Shown one piece after another: positions 39,264-49,257 of a DNA stretch of 64,000 bases. Location: contig JAITVV010000089.1 of the NCBI GenBank assembly GCA_031285625.1, positions 29,931 to 93,930 on the forward strand. The letters run 5' to 3'. How positions within the stretch are numbered: position 1 is the stretch's first letter; the number at the start of each line of letters is the position of its first letter. This DNA is from Prevotella sp. (GTDB taxonomy: Bacteria > Bacteroidota > Bacteroidia > Bacteroidales > Dysgonomonadaceae). The notes beneath the pieces are model-generated. The model saw only the letters and a list, made by a program, of their open reading frames with translations, searched no databases and was not told the DNA's origin. The position numbers were made by a program, and so were the translations under genes.

Positions 39264-40190
39264 TTATGCTTTTTCCCTTACTATATAGATCGGACGTTTT
39301 TTTGTCTCCAGATAAGTCTTAGACAGATATTGTCCTAAGATACCCAAACAGAATAGTTGAATACCACCTATAAAGAAGATAATACATATAGTAGAGGCAT
39401 ATCCTTGGACTGGGTCGTCAAATAATATCTTTCTGAAGATAACGAAACATATCATTATGAAAGCCACAATACAGAATAATATCCCAAATACAGATGCAAT
39501 AACTAACGGACGGGTAGAAAAAGCAATGATCCCTTCAAGCGAATAGAAGAACAGTCCGATAAATGACCATTTGGTTTCTCCAGCAACACGCTCCACGTTT
39601 TCGAAAGCAATCCACTTTGTCTTAAACCCAACCCATCCAAAAATACCTTTCGAGAAACGGTTGTATTCACTCATATCCAGAATGGCATTTACCATCTGGC
39701 GGGTCATCAGGCGAAAGTCCCGGGCTCCATCCACAACCTCAGTATCTGATATCTTATTGATAAGCTTATAAAATTGTTTTGCAAAGAAAGAACGTATAGG
39801 AGGTTCCCCTTTACGGTCGAGACGACGTGTAGCTACACAATCGTAATCTTCGGTTTTTAAAGATTCATACATACCCTTTATTAGGGAAGGCGGATCCTGG
39901 AGGTCGGCATCTATTAATGATATATAATCACCGGTAGCAGCCTCCAAACCGGCATATATCCCTGCCTCTTTACCGAAATTTCGCGAAAATGAGACATAAT
40001 GAACCCTATCATCAGACTCTTTCAACTCCTTTATTACTTCTAATGTTTTATCTTTCGACCCATCATTAATAAAGATGAATTCAAATTCCTGATCTGGCAT
40101 TTCATCAGCCAGCTTTATAATTTCTTTAAAAAGGTACGGAAGCGCTTGTTCTTCATTGTAGCAGGGTACAATTAGTGAAATTTTGTCCAT
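39264..40190 (-). CDS. GT2 polyprenol-phosphate glycosyltransferase (GtrB/CsbB-like)
   Basis: VPCYNEE, NDGSKD, FSRNFGKE, IDADLQDPP, DFRLM, two C-terminal TM helices, ETKKRPIY. Confidence 0.9.
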   Translation of the reverse strand: MDKISLIVPCYNEEQALPYLFKEIIKLADEMPDQEFEFIFINDGSKDKTLEVIKELKESDDRVHYVSFSRNFGKEAGIYAGLEAATGDYISLIDADLQDPPSLIKGMYESLKTEDYDCVATRRLDRKGEPPIRSFFAKQFYKLINKISDTEVVDGARDFRLMTRQMVNAILDMSEYNRFSKGIFGWVGFKTKWIAFENVERVAGETKWSFIGLFFYSLEGIIAFSTRPLVIASVFGILFCIVAFIMICFVIFRKILFDDPVQGYASTICIIFFIGGIQLFCLGILGQYLSKTYLETKKRPIYIVREKA

Positions 40191-40256
40191 GTCATGTGTT
40201 TTTATAGTACAAAGTTATTGTCTTTTACTTCTTGTGCAAATAGTGGAGCCGATAAG

Positions 40257-41315
40257 TTACAGCTCTTCCAAATATTTATGCACAAGTCGCGAAACCGGAT
40301 AATTATCCGCATCTTCAATCTTGACTTTTATATAATCTTCATTTAGCAATGTGTCATGCACATCTATTCTATAAAAAGTAGCGTATATTATCTGGTGGGA
40401 AAGAATATGTTTTATTTGTTTTTCATATCTTATCCGCAATATCTCCCCATTTGATAAAAGGTCCTTAAAGTTATCATTTTTTTGTAATTCATCAATAGTT
40501 TTCTGTTCTTTAGTCTCTATTAGAGGTAATTCATAAAGGTTTTGCCAAATATCTTTCAGTGTCCGCTTGTGTAAAAACATACAATCACCATCCCGTATAT
40601 CTAAATAATAAAAATAACGACTCCTGACTTTTTGCTTTCGCTCTTTCCTAGGATACAGGTTTACTTTCTTCTGATTATACGCCAAGCATACATCAGAAGC
40701 AGGACAAATGGAACAATCAGGCGAAACCGGGACACATTGCAAAGCTCCGAATTCCATTATTGCCTGGTTATGCAATCCGGCATTGGTATCATCAAGTAAT
40801 GATTGAGCTAGCTCAGTAAAGATTTTTTTCCCTTTACCACTATTTATAGGCTCATCAATTGCAAATATGCGTGCCAAAACCCTAAAAACATTACCATCAA
40901 CTACTGCATAAGGCTCATTGTATGCAAAAGAAACGATAGCTGCGGCAGTATATTCACCCACCCCTTTCAGCCTCAATACCTCCTTATAATTATGGGGAAA
41001 CACTCCGCCATAAGCATCCATTATAGTTTTCGCTGCGGCATGAAGATTACGCGCCCTACTATAGTATCCCAATCCCTGCCAGAGCTTAAGAATTTCGTCC
41101 TCCTCAGCCTCGGCCAGCAACTCAACTGTAGGATATTTAGCTATAAATCTGTTAAAATACGCATACCCCTGATCTACCCGCGTTTGTTGTAGAATAACTT
41201 CTGAAAGCCAAATGGGATAAGGGTTAGAGGTATTTCGCCAGGGTAAATCCCTTTTATGATTATTATACCACTCAATAAGTATATGACTTAACTTTAAATC
41301 CTTTTGCACGCTCAT
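40257..41315 (-). CDS. mutY: A/G-specific adenine glycosylase MutY
   Basis: RDLPWR, SEVILQQT, WQGLGYYSRARN, VVDGNVFRV, 4Fe-4S C-x6-C-x2-C-x5-C. Confidence 0.96.
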   Translation of the reverse strand: MSVQKDLKLSHILIEWYNNHKRDLPWRNTSNPYPIWLSEVILQQTRVDQGYAYFNRFIAKYPTVELLAEAEEDEILKLWQGLGYYSRARNLHAAAKTIMDAYGGVFPHNYKEVLRLKGVGEYTAAAIVSFAYNEPYAVVDGNVFRVLARIFAIDEPINSGKGKKIFTELAQSLLDDTNAGLHNQAIMEFGALQCVPVSPDCSICPASDVCLAYNQKKVNLYPRKERKQKVRSRYFYYLDIRDGDCMFLHKRTLKDIWQNLYELPLIETKEQKTIDELQKNDNFKDLLSNGEILRIRYEKQIKHILSHQIIYATFYRIDVHDTLLNEDYIKVKIEDADNYPVSRLVHKYLEEL

Positions 41316-41471
41316 TTACAACACATTATTATTTTACTCACCACCTTCTTCCTGAACGTTAATTTATATAAGGCTCATAAAAAAATGATAATTATTTGTT
41401 TCAAAGGTAAATAAAAAGCTATATATTTGCAGTCCAAAAATTTAATTGTTTCGAACTTAAAAAATAAGAAA

Positions 41472-41747
41472 ATGACAAAAGCTGACATCGTTAACGAAAT
41501 TGCGAAGAATACAGGGATTGACAAAGCTACTGTATTAAAAACAGTTGAATCATTCATGGACGTAGTAAAAGACTCGTTAAGCAAGAATGAAAATGTATAT
41601 TTAAGAGGTTTTGGTAGTTTCATCGTGAAAACAAGAGCACAAAAAACAGCTCGTAATATTTCCAAAAACACTACTATCATTATCCCGGCTCATTCAATTC
41701 CGGCATTCAAACCTGCTAAAACATTCGTAATTCAGGTAAGAAAATAA
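41472..41747 (+). CDS. HU family DNA-binding protein
   Basis: MTKADIV, YLRGFGSF, ARNISK, PAFKP; TATATTTG box at 41422-41429. Confidence 0.95.
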   Translation: MTKADIVNEIAKNTGIDKATVLKTVESFMDVVKDSLSKNENVYLRGFGSFIVKTRAQKTARNISKNTTIIIPAHSIPAFKPAKTFVIQVRK

Positions 41748-41783
41748 TTCCCGCATTTTAACTAACTCTAAATATAAATAAAC

Positions 41784-41876
41784 ATGCCAAGCGGAAAAAA
41801 AAGAAAAAGACATAAAATGTCTACGCACAAGCGCAAAAAAAGACTAAGAAAGAACAGACATAAAAAGAAAAAATAA
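41784..41876 (+). CDS. 30S ribosomal protein bS22 (AURKAIP1/COX24-like), 30 aa
   Basis: Manual translation MPSGKKRKRHKMSTHKRKKRLRKNRHKKKK*; too short for the ORF track; matches the Bacteroidetes bS22/mS38-like pattern. Confidence 0.85.
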   Translation: MPSGKKRKRHKMSTHKRKKRLRKNRHKKKK

Positions 41877-42052
41877 TTTCTGAAATGTTTCTTTCACGGA
41901 AATATACGAGAACAAACTTACAAATTACCGAATATTTTAAGTTTGTTCTCTGTGTATTTTATAAAATGCTTCCTACACAAAAGAAGCAACCTCTATTTTT
42001 CAGATTTAAATAAGATCATATTTAAATCTATTTTTAATTCTAAAACATAGTT

Positions 42053-43627
42053 ATGAATAGCGAACTAGTAGTCGATGTTCAGCCTAACGAGGTCTCTATT
42101 GCGGTACTTGAAGACAAAAAACTTGTCGAACTGCAAAAAGAAGGTAGAGATGCATCATATGCGGTAGGCAACATCTATGCAGGCAAGGTAAAAAAACTTA
42201 TGCCTGGACTAAATGCTGCTTTTGTAGACATAGGATACAAAAAGGACGCTTTTCTTCACTATTTAGATCTTGGTGCTCAATTTAAATCCGTTGACAGGTT
42301 CTACAAGCAAGCACTAGCTGACAAAAGAAAATTCCCGAACATTTCAAAAATGAAACTGGAGCCCGACATTGACAAGACAGGCTCGATCAGTGACATTCTA
42401 AAACCAGGACAGGAAATTCTCGTACAAATTGCCAAAGAACCCATATCAACAAAAGGCCCCCGCCTTACGTCCGAGCTCTCACTAGCCGGCCGTTTTCTGG
42501 TCGTTATCCCATTCAACGACAAAGTATCCGTATCCCAGAAAATAAAATCGAAAGAAGAACGAGCTCGTTTAAGACAGCTTATACAAAGTATTAAACCCAA
42601 AAATTTCGGTGTAATAGTAAGGACTGTAGCCGAAGGGAAAAAAGTAGCGGACCTGGATACTGAACTGAAAACACTTGTGAAACGTTGGGAAGACAATTTA
42701 CCCAAAATACAGAAGAATAAACTACCTACCCTTGTTTTTGAAGAAACAGGACGCATAGTTGCTTTATTACGAGATGTATTTAATCCCAGCTTTCAGGAAA
42801 TACACGTAAACGATTTGGACACCTGCAACCAAATCAAGGATTATATATCATTTATAGCCCCTGAGAAAAAGAATATTGTAAAATTCTATGATGGGGGAAT
42901 ACCTATATTTGATAATTTCAATGTTACGAAACAAGTTAAGGCATTGTTCGGAAAAACAGTTACTTTCCGCAATGGCGCTTACCTTATCATAGAACACACT
43001 GAGGCACTTCACGTAATAGATGTGAATAGTGGCAACAGATCGAAAAATCCGGAAGCAGGACAAGAAAATAATGCCTGGGAAGTGAATTCCGCGGCAGCAG
43101 AAGAAATAGCCCGTCAACTAAGATTACGAGACATGGGGGGAATCATCGTAATCGACTTTATAGATATGACGGAAGGAGAGCACAAAGCACAATTAATAGC
43201 CAGAATGCAGGAAATAATGGCCAATGATCGAGCAAAACACAATATTTTGCCACTAAGCAAATTTGGATTAATGCAGATCACCCGCCAACGTGTACGTCCC
43301 GAGATGGAGATATCCACTACCGAAACATGCCCAACATGTTTTGGCAAAGGAGAAATAAGACCATCTATACTGTTCACAGATACCTTGCGTATGAAGATCA
43401 GCTATCTGGTTAAAGATCTAAAAGTAAAGAAGTTTACACTGTATGTACATCCATATGTTGCAGCGTTTATCAACAAAGGTTTCCCTTCATTAAAGTGGCA
43501 ATGGAGATGGCGATATGGAATGGGAGTAAAAATTATCCCAAACCAGAACTTAGCCTTTCTTGAATACCACTTCCAAGACGGAAATGGAGAAGAAATTGAC
43601 ATGAAACAAGATTTTGAGGTAAAATAA
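42053..43627 (+). CDS. rng: Ribonuclease E/G family
   Basis: GNIY, AAFVDIG, KEPISTKGPRL, DVNSG, RQLRLRDMGGIIVIDFIDM, CPTC. Confidence 0.93.
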   Translation: MNSELVVDVQPNEVSIAVLEDKKLVELQKEGRDASYAVGNIYAGKVKKLMPGLNAAFVDIGYKKDAFLHYLDLGAQFKSVDRFYKQALADKRKFPNISKMKLEPDIDKTGSISDILKPGQEILVQIAKEPISTKGPRLTSELSLAGRFLVVIPFNDKVSVSQKIKSKEERARLRQLIQSIKPKNFGVIVRTVAEGKKVADLDTELKTLVKRWEDNLPKIQKNKLPTLVFEETGRIVALLRDVFNPSFQEIHVNDLDTCNQIKDYISFIAPEKKNIVKFYDGGIPIFDNFNVTKQVKALFGKTVTFRNGAYLIIEHTEALHVIDVNSGNRSKNPEAGQENNAWEVNSAAAEEIARQLRLRDMGGIIVIDFIDMTEGEHKAQLIARMQEIMANDRAKHNILPLSKFGLMQITRQRVRPEMEISTTETCPTCFGKGEIRPSILFTDTLRMKISYLVKDLKVKKFTLYVHPYVAAFINKGFPSLKWQWRWRYGMGVKIIPNQNLAFLEYHFQDGNGEEIDMKQDFEVK

Positions 43628-43645
43628 AATTACCTATCGTAATAT

Positions 43646-43683
43646 AAAGCAGCTGTTTTAACATTTAAAAACAGCTGTTTTTT
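43646..43683. terminator. Terminator between convergent rng and HxlR genes
   Basis: CAGCTGTTTT/AAAACAGCTG inverted repeat followed by a T run. Confidence 0.65.
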
Positions 43684-44023
43684 ATTTTGATTTTATATTC
43701 CGAACAGCCCAATCTGAAATATCTTTTATATAAGGGATCATATCCAGCCCTATTTGAGTTAACTGGTACTCTACCTTAGGAGGTACTTCGGGGTAAACAG
43801 TACGACTAACAAACTCGTCATCTTCCAGTATCTTAAGAGTAGAAGATAACACTTTGAGCGAAATACCATCTATACAATTTGATAATTCATTAAAGCGCAT
43901 TACCCCATTCTCAGACAAAGCCATTATTATCAATATTGACCATTTGTCTCCAAACCGATCCATAACGATCCTGAAAGGACATCTGTCTGCACAAAGCTTT
44001 TTTTTCTGAAAATCTTTTGCCAT
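43682..44023 (-). CDS. HxlR (DUF24) winged-helix regulator
   Basis: CP...GDKWS, RFNEL, PEVPPKVEYQLT. Confidence 0.92.
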   Translation of the reverse strand: MAKDFQKKKLCADRCPFRIVMDRFGDKWSILIIMALSENGVMRFNELSNCIDGISLKVLSSTLKILEDDEFVSRTVYPEVPPKVEYQLTQIGLDMIPYIKDISDWAVRNIKSK

Positions 44024-44157
44024 AATCTACTGATAAGCAACATTACTAACCTCAAGGTTATATTTACACAAAAATGTAACTTATTGTTTACTAGATAATT
44101 TAAATATACTTTCGCTTATCAAAAGTAATATTTTTATTAAAAATAAAACCAAACAAC

Positions 44158-44562
44158 ATGAATATTGAATACAAAAACACAAAAAATTTCACAGCTCAGG
44201 AATTGCAAGACTTATTTCTTTCAGTAGAATGGGCATCCGGACATTATCCTGAAAAATTGGTAATTGCCATGAAAAATTCAGGAACTGTATTTTCTGCCTG
44301 GAATGAAAATAAATTAATCGGACTTATTAGTGTAATGGATGATAGTGTAATGAATGCATATATACATTATCTGCTAATAAATCCTGTATTTCAAGCAAAA
44401 GGAATAGGCAAGGAATTAGTGCGAATGACTACTGAAAAATATAAAAACTACCTACGTATCATACTAATTGCTTATGAAAAGGAAACCGGATTTTATCAAC
44501 ACTGCGGGTTCAATCTAGGGGAAGGGAAAACTCCAATGTTTGTAACCTCTCTATGGACATAA
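44158..44562 (+). CDS. GNAT N-acetyltransferase
   Basis: LINPVFQAKGIGKEL, GFYQHCGF. Confidence 0.88.
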   Translation: MNIEYKNTKNFTAQELQDLFLSVEWASGHYPEKLVIAMKNSGTVFSAWNENKLIGLISVMDDSVMNAYIHYLLINPVFQAKGIGKELVRMTTEKYKNYLRIILIAYEKETGFYQHCGFNLGEGKTPMFVTSLWT

Positions 44563-44593
44563 AAATAAGCCCTCAAACAGGGCTTTATTTTTT
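44561..44593. terminator. Bidirectional terminator between convergent GNAT and glycosyltransferase genes
   Basis: AAGCCCT/AGGGCTT stem flanked by A and T runs. Confidence 0.6.
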
Positions 44594-45439
44594 AGATTTA
44601 TCTCTTTTTTTCTTAATCTTATGTATAGCTGTCTTTATAAAAAGTCCAGGAAGTATGGTTATAGCATTTTTTACATTGTCTCCTTTCAACAATGTAAGAT
44701 CAAGCCCAAAGTCTTTGAGGGAAATAGCCTTACATACAGGATAATATTTTATACGGGAGGTTATTCTTAAATCATTATTTACATTCGAGCTATGTACAAC
44801 TTCTATCCAGTATGGTTCGTCTTTTATATCTACCCTGTTAAAGAGCTTACGCATCTGTCCGTGTGAATGACCTTTTATAGTACTAAAAGTTGATGCATTT
44901 TTCTCTATCAGGCTTAAAAAATGACTATGCGGATAACCCATTTTTAATAATAAGTGATCAGATAAAAAGTACTGATAACCAAAGAGCATACTATAAATAC
45001 CCTCTTTCTGATTCTTTATAAATTCCTTCTGAATACGATTCACCATATTGTGATGAATCATATCATCATTATCAACATTCGTAGTAATGATATATTCATC
45101 ATTGCCTGACATATATCCTCTTATTACATCCCTAAGATGTTCCACCCAACCATTTTCCATGTCTTCAACACTAAAATAGCAAGGAACCATTTGAGGGCAT
45201 TGCAACTCATATTTTTTTACTCGTTCGATATATTTAGATGGAGTACCCTCATCGAAAAGGCACAACCAGACAAAATTCTTATTTATCTGATTATTAACTG
45301 ATGGAAAGCAATACTTATCAAACAATTCAAATCGATCATCAAGCCACTTTTGGGTATCTGTCTCTTTATTATTCTTATCTGCAACCCAAATACGCCGGAG
45401 ATTAAATAATGTGATAACAAAGTGCTTGTATCTGCCCAT
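44585..45439 (-). CDS. Putative glycosyltransferase (rhamnosyltransferase-like)
   Basis: HFVITLFN, RFELFDKYCFPSV..Q..KNFVW, TTNVDNDD, WIEVVHSSNV. Confidence 0.7.
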   Translation of the reverse strand: MGRYKHFVITLFNLRRIWVADKNNKETDTQKWLDDRFELFDKYCFPSVNNQINKNFVWLCLFDEGTPSKYIERVKKYELQCPQMVPCYFSVEDMENGWVEHLRDVIRGYMSGNDEYIITTNVDNDDMIHHNMVNRIQKEFIKNQKEGIYSMLFGYQYFLSDHLLLKMGYPHSHFLSLIEKNASTFSTIKGHSHGQMRKLFNRVDIKDEPYWIEVVHSSNVNNDLRITSRIKYYPVCKAISLKDFGLDLTLLKGDNVKNAITILPGLFIKTAIHKIKKKRDKSKK

Positions 45440-45595
45440 AATCAGAGATATAATTTTTTAAACAAACAAATGTAATATATAAAACTCATTTTTGACTAAT
45501 ATATCATATTGCAAATATCCCAGAATACTTTATTTATCCTCACAAATTCGCTAATAACAAGATTATCATTAAATTTGCATACTTACTTAAATTAC

Positions 45596-46399
45596 ATGAG
45601 TCCCGAAAAAAATACATACAAATTAGGCGTTGCCCTCAGTGGTGGCGGAGCCAAAGGATTTGCCCACCTGGGAGTACTACAGGCACTAAACGAGAGAGGC
45701 CTTTACCCTGAAGTAATATCAGGGACAAGCGCGGGGGCTTTTGCCGGAGTACTGTATGCGGACGGACACACCCCAAAGGAAATATCGACGTTCTTTCAAA
45801 AAAAAGTATTTCGGGAATTTGCCGAATTCACTATTCCACATGGAGGATTCTTTAAAAGTGACAGGCTTCGATCTTTTCTAAAAAAACACCTGAGAGCCAA
45901 AACTTTTGAAGACCTTCAAATCCCGCTCCATACAATAGCTACAGATATAGAACATGGGGAAAGCAAAGTCTTCTCATCCGGTCCGTTAATTCCTGCCGTT
46001 ATAGCATCATGCTCAGTCCCGATTGTCTTCAGACCGGTAGAGATCAATGAACATTATTATGTTGATGGCGGTTTATTTAAAAATTTCCCGGTATCAACCA
46101 TACGCAGGGAATGTACCAAAATCATAGGCGTGAATGTCAGCCCAATTACAAAAGCCGAGTTCAGAAGCTCCATAAAATATATTGCAGAACGGTCCTTTCA
46201 TTATATGTCAGGATCAAACACTCTGTTGGATCGCAATTTATGTGATTACCTGATAGAATCAACTTCGCTATCGAAATATTCTATGTTTGACCTTGAACAT
46301 GTTGAAGAAATATATCAGGCAGGGTATGACCTTACAATGACTTTCTTCGATGAGAAAAAGGATGCATTAATAAAAGATTTTCCAAACATCATATTCTAA
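45596..46399 (+). CDS. Patatin-like phospholipase
   Basis: LSGGGAKG, GTSAG, VDGG. Confidence 0.92.
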   Translation: MSPEKNTYKLGVALSGGGAKGFAHLGVLQALNERGLYPEVISGTSAGAFAGVLYADGHTPKEISTFFQKKVFREFAEFTIPHGGFFKSDRLRSFLKKHLRAKTFEDLQIPLHTIATDIEHGESKVFSSGPLIPAVIASCSVPIVFRPVEINEHYYVDGGLFKNFPVSTIRRECTKIIGVNVSPITKAEFRSSIKYIAERSFHYMSGSNTLLDRNLCDYLIESTSLSKYSMFDLEHVEEIYQAGYDLTMTFFDEKKDALIKDFPNIIF

Positions 46400-46418
46400 C
46401 AATACAAAACAGCGCATT

Positions 46419-48107
46419 ATGGCAGAAAAAATATTTATTTACCAGGTACTACCCAGACTATTTGGTAATAATAAAGATTTAAATAAAGAGAATGGGACTA
46501 TAGAAGAAAACGGAGTTGGCAAATTTTCTTCTTTCGATAATAAGGCTTTGAAAGAGATCAATAAGATGGGCTTCACTCATATCTGGTATACCGGAGTATT
46601 GGAACACGCTTCCAAAACAGATTATTCTGCACATGGCATACCCAAAGATCATCCTGATGTAATTAAAGGAAATGCAGGCTCGCCCTACGCCATTCGCGAC
46701 TATTATGATGTTTCGCCGGATCTGGCTGATATAGTAGAAACCCGGATGCAGGAATTTGAAGCGCTTATAGAACGGACTCATAAAAACGGAATGAAAGTAA
46801 TTATCGATTTTGTTCCGAACCATGTCGCAAGACAATACCACTCTGATGCAAAACCCAAGAAAACAAAAGATCTTGGTACAGATGATGATATATCGGTAGG
46901 ATTCGATCCGGACAATAATTTCTATTATATTCCCAATCAAAGATTAGAGTTACAGTTTCCGGTTCAGCAGGGAAAAGATGCTTATAATGAATACCCTGCA
47001 AAGGTAACAGGTAACGACTGTTTCAGCAATAAACCATCTGTAACTGACTGGTATGAAACAGTAAAACTAAATTATGGAGTGGACTACAATAATGGTAAGA
47101 CAAACTGCTTTACCCCCACCCCCGATACATGGTTAAAAATGAGAGATATCCTCTTATACTGGACTGCAAAAGGTGTCGATGGTTTCAGATGTGATATGGC
47201 AGAGATGGTCCCTGTCGAATTCTGGAACTGGGTTATACCTAAAGTAAAAGCAAAAAGCAAATCATTAATATTTATAGCAGAAGTATACAACCCCGAGCTA
47301 TATCACAAGTACGTAGATTGGGGCTTATTTGACTACCTGTACGATAAAGTAGGCCTGTATGACACTCTGCGCAATGTAATTAATCACTATCAGCCATCAT
47401 CTGATATTACTTTTTGCTGGCAGAAGATAGACGGATTACAAGCTAAGATGCTTAATTTCCTCGAAAACCATGATGAGCAACGTATTGCTTCAGACTTTTT
47501 TGCAGGAGACCCATTCAAGGCTATTCCCGGAATGATCGTTGCAGCCACATTGAATATCAATCCTGTGATGATATATTTTGGGCAGGAACTTGGAGAACGG
47601 GGAATGGATAAAGAGGGCTTCAGCGGAGTAGACGGAAGAACAACCATTTTTGATTATTGGTCCGTAAATTCTATTCGCAATTGGCGTAACAATGGCGCTT
47701 TTGGAAATAAAGGACTGGATGCCAACCAGATTAAACTCCGTAAATTTTATACTCAGCTTATTCAGATAACAAAAGAAGAGGCTATCACAAATGGTAAATT
47801 CTTCGATTTGATGTATGCAAATTACAACAATCCTGAATTTGATTCAACAAAACAATATGCTTTCTTGCGTTCAGACAAAAGAGAGTTTATAATGGTTATT
47901 GTAAACTTTGATTCTAAAAAGGTAAATCTGTCAGTCCAGATACCTTATCATGCTTTTGAGTACATGGCAATAGAACCACAAAGAATAAAAAAAGCAAAAG
48001 AATTATTCTCTAAAAAAGATATTGTATTGAGCTCAAGATGGGATAGGATGCTATTTATAGACATAGATGAATATTCTGGAAAAATAATCAAATTTTCTAT
48101 TAGCTAA
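46419..48107 (+). CDS. GH13 alpha-amylase family protein
   Basis: GSPYAIRDYY, DFVPNH, DGFRCDMAE, FIAEVY, FLENHDE. Confidence 0.92.
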   Translation: MAEKIFIYQVLPRLFGNNKDLNKENGTIEENGVGKFSSFDNKALKEINKMGFTHIWYTGVLEHASKTDYSAHGIPKDHPDVIKGNAGSPYAIRDYYDVSPDLADIVETRMQEFEALIERTHKNGMKVIIDFVPNHVARQYHSDAKPKKTKDLGTDDDISVGFDPDNNFYYIPNQRLELQFPVQQGKDAYNEYPAKVTGNDCFSNKPSVTDWYETVKLNYGVDYNNGKTNCFTPTPDTWLKMRDILLYWTAKGVDGFRCDMAEMVPVEFWNWVIPKVKAKSKSLIFIAEVYNPELYHKYVDWGLFDYLYDKVGLYDTLRNVINHYQPSSDITFCWQKIDGLQAKMLNFLENHDEQRIASDFFAGDPFKAIPGMIVAATLNINPVMIYFGQELGERGMDKEGFSGVDGRTTIFDYWSVNSIRNWRNNGAFGNKGLDANQIKLRKFYTQLIQITKEEAITNGKFFDLMYANYNNPEFDSTKQYAFLRSDKREFIMVIVNFDSKKVNLSVQIPYHAFEYMAIEPQRIKKAKELFSKKDIVLSSRWDRMLFIDIDEYSGKIIKFSIS

Positions 48108-48175
48108 TTGTCTTGTTTTTTCCTAATTTTGCACATTCAATAGAATCAATAAATTTCCTTAAAGAACAAAGTGAG

Positions 48176-49114
48176 ATGGACACTAACCTTCCTTTTAAAA
48201 TTTTCTCGGGAACAAATTCTCGTTATTTAGCTGAAAAAATCTGTACTAGTTTAGGATGCCCCCTAGGTAAAATGAAAATAGAACGTTTTGCCGATGGCGA
48301 GTTTTCTGTTTCTTATGAAGAATCTATCAGAGGATGCCAGGTATTTCTGGTACAGTCTACATATCCGTCTTCTGACAATCTTATGGAACTTTTATTAATG
48401 ATTGATGCTGCCAAAAGAGCTTCGGCAACGTCTATCATAGCAGTTATTCCATACTTTGGATGGGCAAGACAAGACCGCAAAGATAAACCACGTGTATCTA
48501 TCGGAGCTAAATTGATCGCAGATATGCTAAGTGCAGCAGGTATCAACCGATTGATTACAATGGATCTACATGCAGACCAGATACAAGGATTCTTTAATGT
48601 TCCGGTTGACCACTTATATGCATCTGCGATATTTGTCGATTACATCAAAACACTTGATACTGAAAATCTTGTTATAGCTACTCCCGATGTGGGTGGTACT
48701 AAACGTGCCAGTTCGTATGCCAAATACTTTGGAATGCCAATGGTGATCTGCTACAAGCTACGCAAGAAGGCAAACGAAATATCAGAAATGCAAATCATTG
48801 GGGATGTAACAGGAATGGATGTTCTACTTGTTGATGATATTGTTGATACAGCAGGCACAATTACTAAAGCAGCCGATATAATGATGGCTAGCGGAGCCAA
48901 ATCGGTTCGCGCAATTGCCAGCCATGCTGTAATGTCTGATCCTGCATCAGTAAGGGTTACCGAATCCGGACTTACTGAAATAATATTTACTGACAGCATT
49001 CCTTATTCAAAAAAATGTGAAAAAGTTGTTATACTTTCAGTAGCTGACGTATTTGCCAATGCAATCCGCAGGGTTCTCAGCAATGAGTCTATCAGCTCAT
49101 TATATATATTATAA
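48176..49114 (+). CDS. prs: Ribose-phosphate pyrophosphokinase
   Basis: FADGE, PYFGWARQDRK, MDLHADQIQGFF, PDVGG, VDDIVDTAGT; TAATTTTG box at 48124-48131. Confidence 0.96.
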   Translation: MDTNLPFKIFSGTNSRYLAEKICTSLGCPLGKMKIERFADGEFSVSYEESIRGCQVFLVQSTYPSSDNLMELLLMIDAAKRASATSIIAVIPYFGWARQDRKDKPRVSIGAKLIADMLSAAGINRLITMDLHADQIQGFFNVPVDHLYASAIFVDYIKTLDTENLVIATPDVGGTKRASSYAKYFGMPMVICYKLRKKANEISEMQIIGDVTGMDVLLVDDIVDTAGTITKAADIMMASGAKSVRAIASHAVMSDPASVRVTESGLTEIIFTDSIPYSKKCEKVVILSVADVFANAIRRVLSNESISSLYIL

Positions 49115-49129
49115 AAGAACAATCGAATT

Positions 49130-49169
49130 ATAAAAAGAGAGATGGTAATACCGTCTCTCTTTTTATTTG
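49130..49169 (+). terminator. Intrinsic terminator after prs
   Basis: AAAAAGAGAGATGG-TAATA-CCGTCTCTCTTTTT. Confidence 0.8.
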
Positions 49170-49257
49170 TACTAAAATTCAGATTTCAAATTTGTATATA
49201 TCAGCAAATAAAGATACTTTTGCACGTTACATTAAATATGTTTTATAGAAGAATAGA

